Positions 24,201 to 32,966 of a stretch of DNA of 64,000 bases are shown here, piece by piece. This DNA is from Setoptus koraiensis (taxonomy: Eukaryota > Animalia > Arthropoda): the NCBI GenBank assembly GCA_048013815.1, contig CM106585.1:8370001-8434000 (forward strand). The letters are read 5' to 3'. The notes beneath the pieces are model-generated. The model did no database searches, was not told the DNA's origin, and was given only the letters and a program-made list of their open reading frames with translations. Made by a program: the position numbers and the translations under genes. Position 1 is the stretch's first letter. The number at the start of each line of letters is the position of its first letter.

Positions 24201-27200
24201 GCACATCCGAACCTAAGCTGTCCTTCAGTCGAGTCCATCACTCTCAATAGCCAATCCCATGTTGGTTTCAGTTTTTTCTCAATGTTCTCAAGTATTGTTG
24301 TAGAAGCAGCTGGAGAAACTTTGAGCTGATTGATGGGCGAATTTGAGTTCTCCCCACGTTCAGATTCCCTAAGTAAGGGTATGAGATCTGATATTGAACG
24401 AATAATGATTGAGAAAGCTCTGGCCAACCCAACAGCTGTTGCTGCCATAGAGAGTTCATTACTGGTTGTAGGCACGGTAGTTAAATGAGAACCAGGGAAG
24501 TTTGTTCGTCTAGCCAACGAGGCGTCTAGATAGTAAGAGTTGTTGGTATGTATCCCTCCAATCGATGCAATTCTGGCAGCCCCATGAGGCAATGCGTTTA
24601 AAGGCGCCGAGTAGACACCACTGTGCTGGTCACGGTGTCGTAAGGCCCATTGTAAATGCTGAGCTAAGTTCGGTCTTGCGTTATTCTGTTGTTGATTTGG
24701 CATGAATGATTCTTGAGATTGCTGCATGGGCATATTAGAGATTGGCGGTCTTCTATTATCTACAGATAATTCGTCACCTACAAAGGCTAGTTCTTCATTG
24801 TCTTGCTCAGTATCATTGGCCTCACTTTCCTCATCATCTTCCGGATTAGATGAATCTCCAGATTCAACCTCAGAAAAATAGGCTATTGTCCCTGCTCCTA
24901 CCTCGCTACCTGTCGCGGCACCTGCAGTAACACTACGGTGGCCACTGGGGTTATCTGTGTTGCTCTGTAAAGAAGCGTCGTCTGCATTAGAATCACTCTC
25001 CGAGTCACTTTCATCATGACCTTCAGGCCTGTATACGTTGTTACTCTCATCTGCATCTTCAGAGTCTGCAGCATCGTTGATGCTAGAACTATCATAGAGA
25101 AGTCTGTCGGAATGATGCTCGTGTCTCGTAGAATCGTTGTTAGGTGCAGAAGAGTTCGGATTATCGTCATTCAAAGTTGGATTCGAGGGGAGATTTGAGG
25201 AGCTAGGCACTACGACAGGATCCACTATAAATATTTCTTCACTTCCTTGAGTAGCGTCAGCCATCGAATTAACTAATGAAAAAGGTGCGGTTGGTCTCGT
25301 GACACCAAGTCGGACTGGAGCTATAATGGCGTCGGCTATTTCTGCCAATTGCTCGGCAGCAATAGGTAATAGAGCTTGGAATACTCTTCTGCACTTTTGT
25401 AATATTGTTGACGGTTGATTCTTTTTCCATAAGTTGGACGAACCTCCATTGTTGTGCAGACCTACTTGAGCAAGACTAATTGGCAGATTGGATAGACTAG
25501 ACTGATTGGAGTAGTTGACTGGTGAAAGTTCGACACTCAAAACGAATCCAACGCGAGCGACAGACCGAACAAATCGAACAGCCACTTTTCTTGCTTCATT
25601 CGCGTGGGAAATATTGGAGTTGGAAGATTCTCGGATTATGGTGGTCAATAATACGTCCAACATTTCTTGTCCTATTTTGATTAGAATACAATGGGTGAAT
25701 CGATCCAGCAAAGCGGTGCCATCTTGATTCGACAATAAGGCTTGATCTTCAGCAGCAAGAACTGGGTTATAACGAGAAGTCGTCGAACCTCTCGAAGAAC
25801 TAGTGCCTGTATTTATCACGGCTTTAACTGCAGCCCATTCACCCAATAATTTATCAAGGGCTTTTCTGGAGAATCTTGGAGGCTCCAGATCATGATCAGG
25901 CATATTTTGTTCAGTGGAGTCACTGGGTTTTCTTGCTCCGCTGGGATGGCGAGATCGAGATGTTCCATATTGACGTTGCTCAACTATTTGTCGGCCGACA
26001 GTCTGCACTAAGAACAACAATATGTTTTCTCCTCTGCTATTAGTATATCCGACAAGATCTGTGTCGCTAATAAGTCGTCGTAGTAATTGATATCTGGCTG
26101 TTTGTGAACCAGCGACTAAGGCTTTACATTTACATTTTTCCCAACAATCACAGTACGCTGTGGGTGAAGTACGCTTCAATCTGCACTCGTGTCCCTTGTG
26201 ACAAACTCGAGCACATTCTGAGCAGCAACACAGTGTTTTGGTAAGGCCACAAGTTTTACATTCAAATATATCTTGATTGATATGTTGTGCCCCAGTCCAG
26301 GTGAAACTGCATGTGTCGTTGGCGCATAGCATGTACAGCGGATTGTTATCCAAGTTTGTTCCTTTAGGGAAGATCATTGAAAGAAATAGTTTACGTTGAT
26401 TTTCGGGCTCACTATTGGATTTCTCATAAGCGATTCGTTGAGCAACGTTCAGCAATATAATTGCTGCTGAGTATGCTTTGCCTGCGACTGCTGCCATGAA
26501 AGGTGTCATACCATGAGCGTCCCGCTGCACCATCAGATCAGGTAAGTAAGGTTTTAGAGCATGTGATTCTACTAGTATCCATAAGACTGAATGTGCAGCC
26601 TGTTTTTGTTCTGTGGGATCTATAGTGGAGTCATTGTTGGTATTGTTAAGATGATCATTCGCCCAAGTGTTGTTCAAAACTGCATTGGTTGAATCCGAGT
26701 CTGATAGACCAGGCATTGATCTACTATCGTTGTCCGAAGGTGCCAGATTTATAGTGAGATTTTGCTGTTGTGTGGCATGTTTCAATTTTGATCTCTTAAT
26801 GGCCTCGTGCAGAGAATTGGCCTGCTGGGCACTCGTATCCATTGGTTCGAAAGGTTCCTCGTTCGCGTTTCCAGATCGCATTGGAGTAGTAGATTCCGAC
26901 ATTTTGTTTGATGTTGGTACACATGCACTGACAGCGGCATGGAGTATATTTCTATTAGCATCAATACGTTCTCCAGCCACAACTTGCTGCGATGCCGGCT
27001 CTCGTTCTAATGACGCCAGAGTTAATCTGACATATTCCGGATCGCTTCTTAGAATAGCCGGAATTAGGATTTGGCTGTCCATTGCAAGAGCAACTACAAG
27101 AGTAGGATGGACTTTATTGCCATTCGTAGTGTCCTTAACTGGATGGACGGCCATAGAAAGCGCTTGAACGGGTGCCATATCTAATTGAAGAGGCTCCTTG

Positions 27201-29878
27201 ATCGAGTCTAAACAATCTTTGGATAGAGGGTAGAGTGCTCCGTTGCCATCACGTAATATCACTGCAACATCATTTTCACCACTAGTGTGTAAACTGATTT
27301 GAGATGGATCTCTTCCGAGGAAAGCTTGGTAGTCAGTAGGGAACGTTAAGGATTTGGTGGCCTTTCCTGAGGTGATCTGGTATATTTTGTATTGTATCTT
27401 ATTCCCTGATTGTACAATGGTGTGTATACCATTGTTGCTCACTGCGAGGGATAGTATTGACGAGCTGTCGGTTATGTTGATCTTTCTCGGAGATTTTTGG
27501 CAGTCTATCACTTTCGATGATGATGATCCTCTTACAAGCTGCAGCTCATCTTTTCTTATCATTCGACAATCCTGCAGGTAGGCGTTGACATCAGAGTCAG
27601 TTTGGCCAAATAGATCACGCTGGTTGAATCTAACTAATGCTGTCATACCATCCAGCTTAACAACCTTGGCAACAGTTAAATTTTTCACATCTTCCAAGAA
27701 AACTACATCTTTGAGATTCCACTGCTCTTCTTCTCTTGACTTGTCGTCATCCTTGACAGAAGAGAGATGACGATGTTTTCTCTTTGGCAGCGGGCTGCAA
27801 CCAGGCTCACTACAAGTAGATGAAGCTGGCGATGGTGGAGGAGGCATTTCCAAACGTTCAGAAGATGCAGCCTTCGATAGACCCGGACTTGATGGAGCTT
27901 GTTCCTCATTAGTGATACCACAAAATTCTATAGATTGACCAGGGACACGTCTGTTTCTTACGTTGGAGACTTTGCTGTCACCCCCTATTTGTGTTGTTGA
28001 CTGAGTGAGATACTTTCTGAATTCACTAGGATGAATCAATTTGAAGGTGCAAGTGTCGGTGATGTTCCATGCTGAAACCATCAATTTTCCGACCTTCGGA
28101 ATGCCTCCGCACGTAGTAAAACCAATCGCACCGCTGTGGTATGAGGGTGAGTTTTTTAGACAAATAACAGACCCAACCGATATTTCATTTGTGCTAGAAG
28201 CGCTTGATCGTTGCTTACTTGCTCTTGTTTGAACTTTTTTCCATGTCTTCTTTCGCTGCGCGAAAGGAGCTACACCCCACCAGTAAAGTGAGCCAGAGTC
28301 TAGTCGCACACATGTATATAGTGAGCATGTGTGTAGCTGAGTTATTCTATCACATCGCTGGAATTCTGGAAAACTCTGAGCAGAATGCTCAAGTTTAGTT
28401 GCGACGATCGATATTGTTTCATCGACCCATGTTGCCACCTTGTTTGATTCGGTGACGACAGAGGCTCTGATACAGGTAGCTGATAACAAAGTGATTTTTT
28501 CGTTTGTTAGATTGAGAGTAACAGCTTTCGGGTGGTAGTGGTTCATGTCACCTTGACGAATGCCTTCAAATGGATGAGGATCAGTCCATTTCCACTGATG
28601 GAGCTGGCCATTACTTGAGATTGCTATGAGTTCGGTGTATAGGCAAGCAATTTGCACAAATTTTTTATCATTGGTTGGCCATAGTTCGAGAGTATCAGAT
28701 ATGTAGATTGGGTTGCTATCAATAGAGGAAGTCTTTTTAGTGTGAGACGATCCATGCACAGAATCTGATCTGTGCGACGTAAAATCAGTAGGTGCGGTAG
28801 ATGTAGAAGGGCTACTACGGTTACTTGGTACATCAGATGCGGATTGAGTTTCCCTAAGTGCATACTCTAACCATCTACGCGAGGAAGATGACGAGACTCC
28901 TGGTCTCACATAATTATCTTGAGAGTTCAATCTGAGCAACTCTCTATCAGCTGAAACAGATGGATCTCTATCACTGGTGTTGCTGCGATTAAGACGGGCG
29001 CTGACACCTGATCTAAGGCGAGCTGATGAATAGGCATTAAAAACATCTTCAGGAAAAACTGTTTCAGCGTCAATGAGAACTGACGATGGTCCGCTAGGTA
29101 AACTAGAATCTAGCAACGACATAAGATCTTCATTTGGAAGGTAATCTTGACTTTCATCCATATCTTCAGGGTCTTCATTATCGCTACTTAGTAGATTGTT
29201 GACTGCTAAATTGACGTCGAGATTTGTACGCTGCAATTCTCTAACTATTGCGTTCCTAGGCTTACCTTGTAAAACAACTTGCGCCTGGGTAATCAAATCT
29301 TCTGGCACATATTGAGCTGGTATGAGAGCACGAGACCCCATAATAACACTAGTGGCACCACGCCCGCGGCTAGCAGTGTTACGTAGCATACGGCCGCGTC
29401 TAGCAGCTTGACGATGCTGCACAGATAATCCACTAACTTGCCCCGATATAGAGGCTCGATTTTGGCTGCTGGATCCACTACTGCCACCACCACCGCCACC
29501 AGAGCTGCCACTAGGTCCTGAGCTAGTTCCAGTATTATTGTTGGATGACGATTGTTTTTGGCCTGATATTTGTGATGATGCTTGCTGTGGTATCTGTGCG
29601 GACTGATCGACGCATGTTACTGGCACCGATGGCAAGTCTAGTCTATCAGCTAAGACTTGGTATTGTGTACGGTAAATTCTTCCATCCTCAAGGAGCAAGG
29701 CTATGTGTGTGGCACTAGCCGTTAATTGGACCACTGGTATAGATTTTATGGCATTAAAGGTTGTGTTGTACAATGAGGTTCCTTTGTTAGATCTGTCGGC
29801 CGCGTCTTTGATTCTATCGATCAGATTCTCATCGCTAGTCGGTAGTGGTGTTACCACAAATTGCATAGAATTGGACAT
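21296..29878 (-). CDS. UBR5: E3 ubiquitin ligase UBR5/Hyperplastic discs (UBA, UBR-box, HECT), 2,860 aa, single exon
   Basis: N-terminus MQFVVTPLP; UBA (VPEDLITQAQVVLQGKPRNAIVRELQRTNLDVNLAVNNLLS); UBR-box (CSFTWTGAQHINQDIFECKTCGL...CDCWEKCKC); HECT end with catalytic Cys (HLPTSNVCIFRLYIPLYSSK...KNFGFV). Confidence 0.97.
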   Translation of the reverse strand: MSNSMQFVVTPLPTSDENLIDRIKDAADRSNKGTSLYNTTFNAIKSIPVVQLTASATHIALLLEDGRIYRTQYQVLADRLDLPSVPVTCVDQSAQIPQQASSQISGQKQSSSNNNTGTSSGPSGSSGGGGGGSSGSSSQNRASISGQVSGLSVQHRQAARRGRMLRNTASRGRGATSVIMGSRALIPAQYVPEDLITQAQVVLQGKPRNAIVRELQRTNLDVNLAVNNLLSSDNEDPEDMDESQDYLPNEDLMSLLDSSLPSGPSSVLIDAETVFPEDVFNAYSSARLRSGVSARLNRSNTSDRDPSVSADRELLRLNSQDNYVRPGVSSSSSRRWLEYALRETQSASDVPSNRSSPSTSTAPTDFTSHRSDSVHGSSHTKKTSSIDSNPIYISDTLELWPTNDKKFVQIACLYTELIAISSNGQLHQWKWTDPHPFEGIRQGDMNHYHPKAVTLNLTNEKITLLSATCIRASVVTESNKVATWVDETISIVATKLEHSAQSFPEFQRCDRITQLHTCSLYTCVRLDSGSLYWWGVAPFAQRKKTWKKVQTRASKQRSSASSTNEISVGSVICLKNSPSYHSGAIGFTTCGGIPKVGKLMVSAWNITDTCTFKLIHPSEFRKYLTQSTTQIGGDSKVSNVRNRRVPGQSIEFCGITNEEQAPSSPGLSKAASSERLEMPPPPSPASSTCSEPGCSPLPKRKHRHLSSVKDDDKSREEEQWNLKDVVFLEDVKNLTVAKVVKLDGMTALVRFNQRDLFGQTDSDVNAYLQDCRMIRKDELQLVRGSSSSKVIDCQKSPRKINITDSSSILSLAVSNNGIHTIVQSGNKIQYKIYQITSGKATKSLTFPTDYQAFLGRDPSQISLHTSGENDVAVILRDGNGALYPLSKDCLDSIKEPLQLDMAPVQALSMAVHPVKDTTNGNKVHPTLVVALAMDSQILIPAILRSDPEYVRLTLASLEREPASQQVVAGERIDANRNILHAAVSACVPTSNKMSESTTPMRSGNANEEPFEPMDTSAQQANSLHEAIKRSKLKHATQQQNLTINLAPSDNDSRSMPGLSDSDSTNAVLNNTWANDHLNNTNNDSTIDPTEQKQAAHSVLWILVESHALKPYLPDLMVQRDAHGMTPFMAAVAGKAYSAAIILLNVAQRIAYEKSNSEPENQRKLFLSMIFPKGTNLDNNPLYMLCANDTCSFTWTGAQHINQDIFECKTCGLTKTLCCCSECARVCHKGHECRLKRTSPTAYCDCWEKCKCKALVAGSQTARYQLLRRLISDTDLVGYTNSRGENILLFLVQTVGRQIVEQRQYGTSRSRHPSGARKPSDSTEQNMPDHDLEPPRFSRKALDKLLGEWAAVKAVINTGTSSSRGSTTSRYNPVLAAEDQALLSNQDGTALLDRFTHCILIKIGQEMLDVLLTTIIRESSNSNISHANEARKVAVRFVRSVARVGFVLSVELSPVNYSNQSSLSNLPISLAQVGLHNNGGSSNLWKKNQPSTILQKCRRVFQALLPIAAEQLAEIADAIIAPVRLGVTRPTAPFSLVNSMADATQGSEEIFIVDPVVVPSSSNLPSNPTLNDDNPNSSAPNNDSTRHEHHSDRLLYDSSSINDAADSEDADESNNVYRPEGHDESDSESDSNADDASLQSNTDNPSGHRSVTAGAATGSEVGAGTIAYFSEVESGDSSNPEDDEESEANDTEQDNEELAFVGDELSVDNRRPPISNMPMQQSQESFMPNQQQNNARPNLAQHLQWALRHRDQHSGVYSAPLNALPHGAARIASIGGIHTNNSYYLDASLARRTNFPGSHLTTVPTTSNELSMAATAVGLARAFSIIIRSISDLIPLLRESERGENSNSPINQLKVSPAASTTILENIEKKLKPTWDWLLRVMDSTEGQLRFGCALTNGTNHVSTSQPIPSTSSYNHQPYRSSGINAALVNNPGPGIGFMASGMAPLPPTMLISRVPQQPSSSAQNLNRQVPALLSDNRIHDQSSSASESQGVRNIIPTNANTNPNIRGQLIPTTSRTSGLNQPPSYIRMPQSDSHEVPDGTAARRDFLTYMISLIRGHGNEHYDSLPILDVSSLRHVAYVFDAYIYYLQALQKEQSGSKSPSEIYSETWNDDETDAEAVLSLAQNEMPMCIDEATSNLSTANASSSHAKGSGHQFFKRSESTLYLGCPPPDPFSSPISEALPLAEQPHLLQPTSRREELFGIPRPAANASSGDLIFDSLPTRLSLSARTSNSELSTAITCPMCSSKQQSSFTQSCDTARQSSSKQTAKDTEESRLYCAIHTPISANKEITHTSLLGRWRLSLELFGGEFVDDVGAEPGSIISDLVGFPSKENRFRKDMERLRTATPREITFTSIDRDRNTLIEQTFKELNNVHHAFVRKVSSELPILAVSKIKVSFKDEKGEGNGVARSFYTAFCEAILSNEKLPRLMGCQTNARPSQYNLLQRIKTKEREREQARRTFSQQQSSSSRDPPWGSLPINAINNANAINPNLGMISGTSNSPANILAGLYNSNTGHDASAHQSLNSPSRLISEHMSFPENFIQTGLTEHETTACEEEDEEDNTPLFYQPGLRNFYSPRQGDATPERLNAFRNVGRIIGICLSQNEICPIQLNRHVIKYILKRPISWHDLAFFDPLLYESLRQLILDAETNRDAEQTFQSLDLRFCVDLCAEEGGGQVELVPCGKNIEVTPSNVYDYVRRYSLRRMVRSQEKALQSMKQGVHDAIPACALENLTAEDFRLLLNGVGEINVKTLMSYTTFIDDRGKQNSGEHLGYFKKWFWSIVEKMATREKQDLVYFWTGSPSLPASEEGFQPMPTVSIRPADDQHLPTSNVCIFRLYIPLYSSKTILKNKLLIAIKEKNFGFV

Positions 29879-31021
29879 GATATGAAACTAATGGTGGTGG
29901 CGACGGTGACAATCTTATGTATATTTCACAAATATTTTTCAACAATAATGATAATAATAATATAGTGCCTCCCCCTAGTATCTTTTGTTAGAGAAGGCGT
30001 TTATGTCTTTATTCCCGTTTGACCATTCGGGTGATGAGATGTTTAAGTTACTATCTTGAGCAATATGTTGTTATTTGTTATATTTAATCAACTATTGTAT
30101 AATATATTGAGGACATAGCTAAACTGTTGTAGCCATTTGAATTGGCTTAAACATAGTTATGAATATAATGTAATAATAATAATAATGAGATAATAATGAT
30201 TTTTTTATTAATGCAGTTATTGTAATGCTGCACTACTATCATCTAGGAATATCACGATGAGATTTAGAATGTGACGATTTTACGACGATGTTGTCTTTAT
30301 TCTCAAAAGCATTGCTGTTCACTAAAACGCCATTGACAGAGAAGGCGCATGCGTCTTATGCAAGCGCCATTTTCAAACAAATAAAGGACCCCATATGGGT
30401 GTGTCAGTCAATTGATACTGCACACACTTGCAATCTGTGACTCACAAAAACAAAAACAATAATTGTTTCGTCCAAGAGTCGGTAATCCTAGAAAACTTTT
30501 TTGTTTGCCACTATTTCACTATTTTAATCACAAATCTACTAAACTAATTACTATTTACTAATGTTGATAGCAAGCAGAGTTTAGTTTAAGTAGGCCGGCG
30601 GTGTCATCAGTTCAATAGGCAGTTGTTTATCACAAAGAGGATGCGCATACCAGTTGTTAATCCGCAGCAACACCACATGCACCTGACAAAGACTTACGGG
30701 TTCACGTACCCCTCGTACTGCGTTCTACGTGAAACGGGTATGCGGCTGCGCCGTGATTCAGTGTGAATACTTCAAAATAGAATGGAAAAATTATTTCATG
30801 TCGTTATTCAAAACAGATTTGTACATCTTGGCTGCAATCAATTTATTCTTGCAAGGACACACAAATATGACGAAGCTCAACTCAAACGGCTAAAACTATT
30901 CCAAGTACAATCTCTCACAGGGCTTGTGGCCTAACAACGGCCAGAAACTGTCAGATAGGCGTATCAATTACAATTTTATAACACGAACGGTCTCATTTTT
31001 TGAACTACATAAAAAGTAATC
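29879..31021. promoter_or_regulatory. Probable bidirectional promoter and 5' UTRs between UBR5 (-) and FBXL6 (+)
   Basis: Head-to-head genes 1.1 kb apart. YY1-like GCGCCATTTT at about 30364 and Inr-like TCAGTC at 30404-30409. Motifs are short, so the positional argument carries the call. Confidence 0.4.
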
Positions 31022-32593
31022 ATGCGTGGCAAAAAAGGATCAAGGAAAAGTCCACGTGTCTCCGGGATAGGTAGTAAAAGATCGTTGAGTCCAGATAGCG
31101 ACTCAGGCGATTCCGACTATGGACCGGACCAAGGAGAAATCAAAAAAACTTGCAAACCGAAAACTTCTAAACGATCTACAAAAAAATCGAGAGCTGAAAA
31201 TGACGAAGCCTTATATTTTCTAACGACAAAATCTGTTCCAAAAGATGCAGTCAATTTGGATCAAGATCATGGAGTCAACTTGTGGCTCATCGTTAGAGAG
31301 GTCGAGCCCAACAATCATAGAGATAGACTACCCGCAGAACTATTGCTCAAGATTATCAGACGTAGTATAGAAATCTCCGACAATCCACTTCTGCAACTTG
31401 TAAACTGCAGTCAAGTTAGTGAATACTGGCGACAACTGGTTGTTTACACCTCTGACTTGTGGTCAAGATTGGATCTCACTCATTTACCACAAACTAAAAG
31501 GAACATCGAAACATTGAGACAGCTATTTAGATTGAATCCAAATATACCCAAATGCATCAGAAGGCTAGATTTGGAGGGATGGAATGTTAATCATTTGATG
31601 TTTCCCTTGATAGATTCTATTTTCGAACATCAAAAATTAGAACATTTAGGTCTTAGAGCTGTGACAACTGCTAACAGAACAGTATTTTTCGAAGCGATCT
31701 CTAAGACATCCGCGACGTTGAGATCAATTGTAGTAAATAACTCTAAGCCTCTTCTCCAAACTGGCCAAAGTTGGCTTGTGCAATATTTCACCAATTATGG
31801 AAATAACTTGGAAACATTAGATCTGAATGTCAGTCTTCATTCGATAACCCCAACTCTCTTCAAAATAATTTGTTCAACTTGTTTGAACCTCAAAGTATTA
31901 GACTTATCCACTGGAGTATATATAAACCAAGGTTCATTAGGACTTGATGCATCTCTCTTGGCAAATAACTTACCAAACCTTGAAGTATTGAGGTGTGCCA
32001 CAACTTCCTTCAAGCGAGTGATTAATGCAAACCCAATTCGTGGTCTGACCAAACTGAAGGAATTATCAATTCCAACTTTAGTACCCGACTCGGATAGAGA
32101 TGATGCTTTATTTGCCACTCTCGCGTACGGTTCTGAGTCTCTAGAATATCTTGACATTAGAGGTAGTGTAATTTCAACATATGCTCTAAACGATCTCCCA
32201 AGCGCCAACATTACAGCCTTACATATGGATGATATGTCATCAAATATATACAGAAATTATCCATTAATTATAAAGAAATGGGCAAAAAACTTGGAATGTT
32301 TGAGTTTACTTAGGATCAATAATGGAGAACTAATAGATGAATCTTTGAAAATAATCGCCGAAGAGCAAAAAAATGGTTCGAATATGCGAGCTATCGACTT
32401 ATCTGGTTCTGATGTTACCCTGACTGGCCTTAGACATATTTTAGATTCGTGCACCCACCTGGAGGCTTTGAATTTGATCTCTTGTCGTTGCTTGCCTAGA
32501 GGATTCAAAGGTTCTTATAGTTCCAATGTAAGATCAAACAGGTTAAGTATTACCACACTTAAGTCCAAGATTAGTGAAGAAACTTGGAACTGA
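31022..32593 (+). CDS. FBXL6: F-box/LRR-repeat protein 6-like, 523 aa, intronless
   Basis: Basic/acidic N-terminus; F-box (LPAELLLKIIR...CSQVSEYWRQL...LWSRLDL); AMN1-type LRRs; C-terminal LNLISCRCLPRGFKGSY typical of FBXL6. Confidence 0.82.
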   Translation: MRGKKGSRKSPRVSGIGSKRSLSPDSDSGDSDYGPDQGEIKKTCKPKTSKRSTKKSRAENDEALYFLTTKSVPKDAVNLDQDHGVNLWLIVREVEPNNHRDRLPAELLLKIIRRSIEISDNPLLQLVNCSQVSEYWRQLVVYTSDLWSRLDLTHLPQTKRNIETLRQLFRLNPNIPKCIRRLDLEGWNVNHLMFPLIDSIFEHQKLEHLGLRAVTTANRTVFFEAISKTSATLRSIVVNNSKPLLQTGQSWLVQYFTNYGNNLETLDLNVSLHSITPTLFKIICSTCLNLKVLDLSTGVYINQGSLGLDASLLANNLPNLEVLRCATTSFKRVINANPIRGLTKLKELSIPTLVPDSDRDDALFATLAYGSESLEYLDIRGSVISTYALNDLPSANITALHMDDMSSNIYRNYPLIIKKWAKNLECLSLLRINNGELIDESLKIIAEEQKNGSNMRAIDLSGSDVTLTGLRHILDSCTHLEALNLISCRCLPRGFKGSYSSNVRSNRLSITTLKSKISEETWN

Positions 32594-32966
32594 TTATTAC
32601 TAAATAGTGACAAACAATAGAAACATCTAGTTCATCACATTCTACACTGTATCGAAAGTATTGAAGAAACAATTGTTACAATGATGTAAAATTACCAATG
32701 TATTCGAAAGTATGTTATAGCACTCATAGAAAAGTAAGTTATCATACTGATTTAAATTGTCAGATTATTGATGAGGCGCACAATTCTTAGAGTAATCAAC
32801 CTCTATAAGATTTTAGAAGTTCTTATACAATTTATGCCATTCTTTTAATCAGTCGTTTCTCTGTCGAAATGAATATTGATAAACAATAAGACTTTCACTC
32901 ATCACTACACTGCCAATCCAAAAAGAGCAAAAAGTCTGTATTATTTGTTTTTTTTTGTGAAATGAT

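Noticed and set aside
30590-30935. Possible small spliced ORF between UBR5 and FBXL6 (..HLGCNQFILARTHKYDEAQLKRLKLFQVQSLTGLVA*)
   Set aside because: Splice signals exist, but no phase-consistent, stop-free ATG-initiated model with strong sites and no recognisable family. It may be FBXL6 5' UTR.
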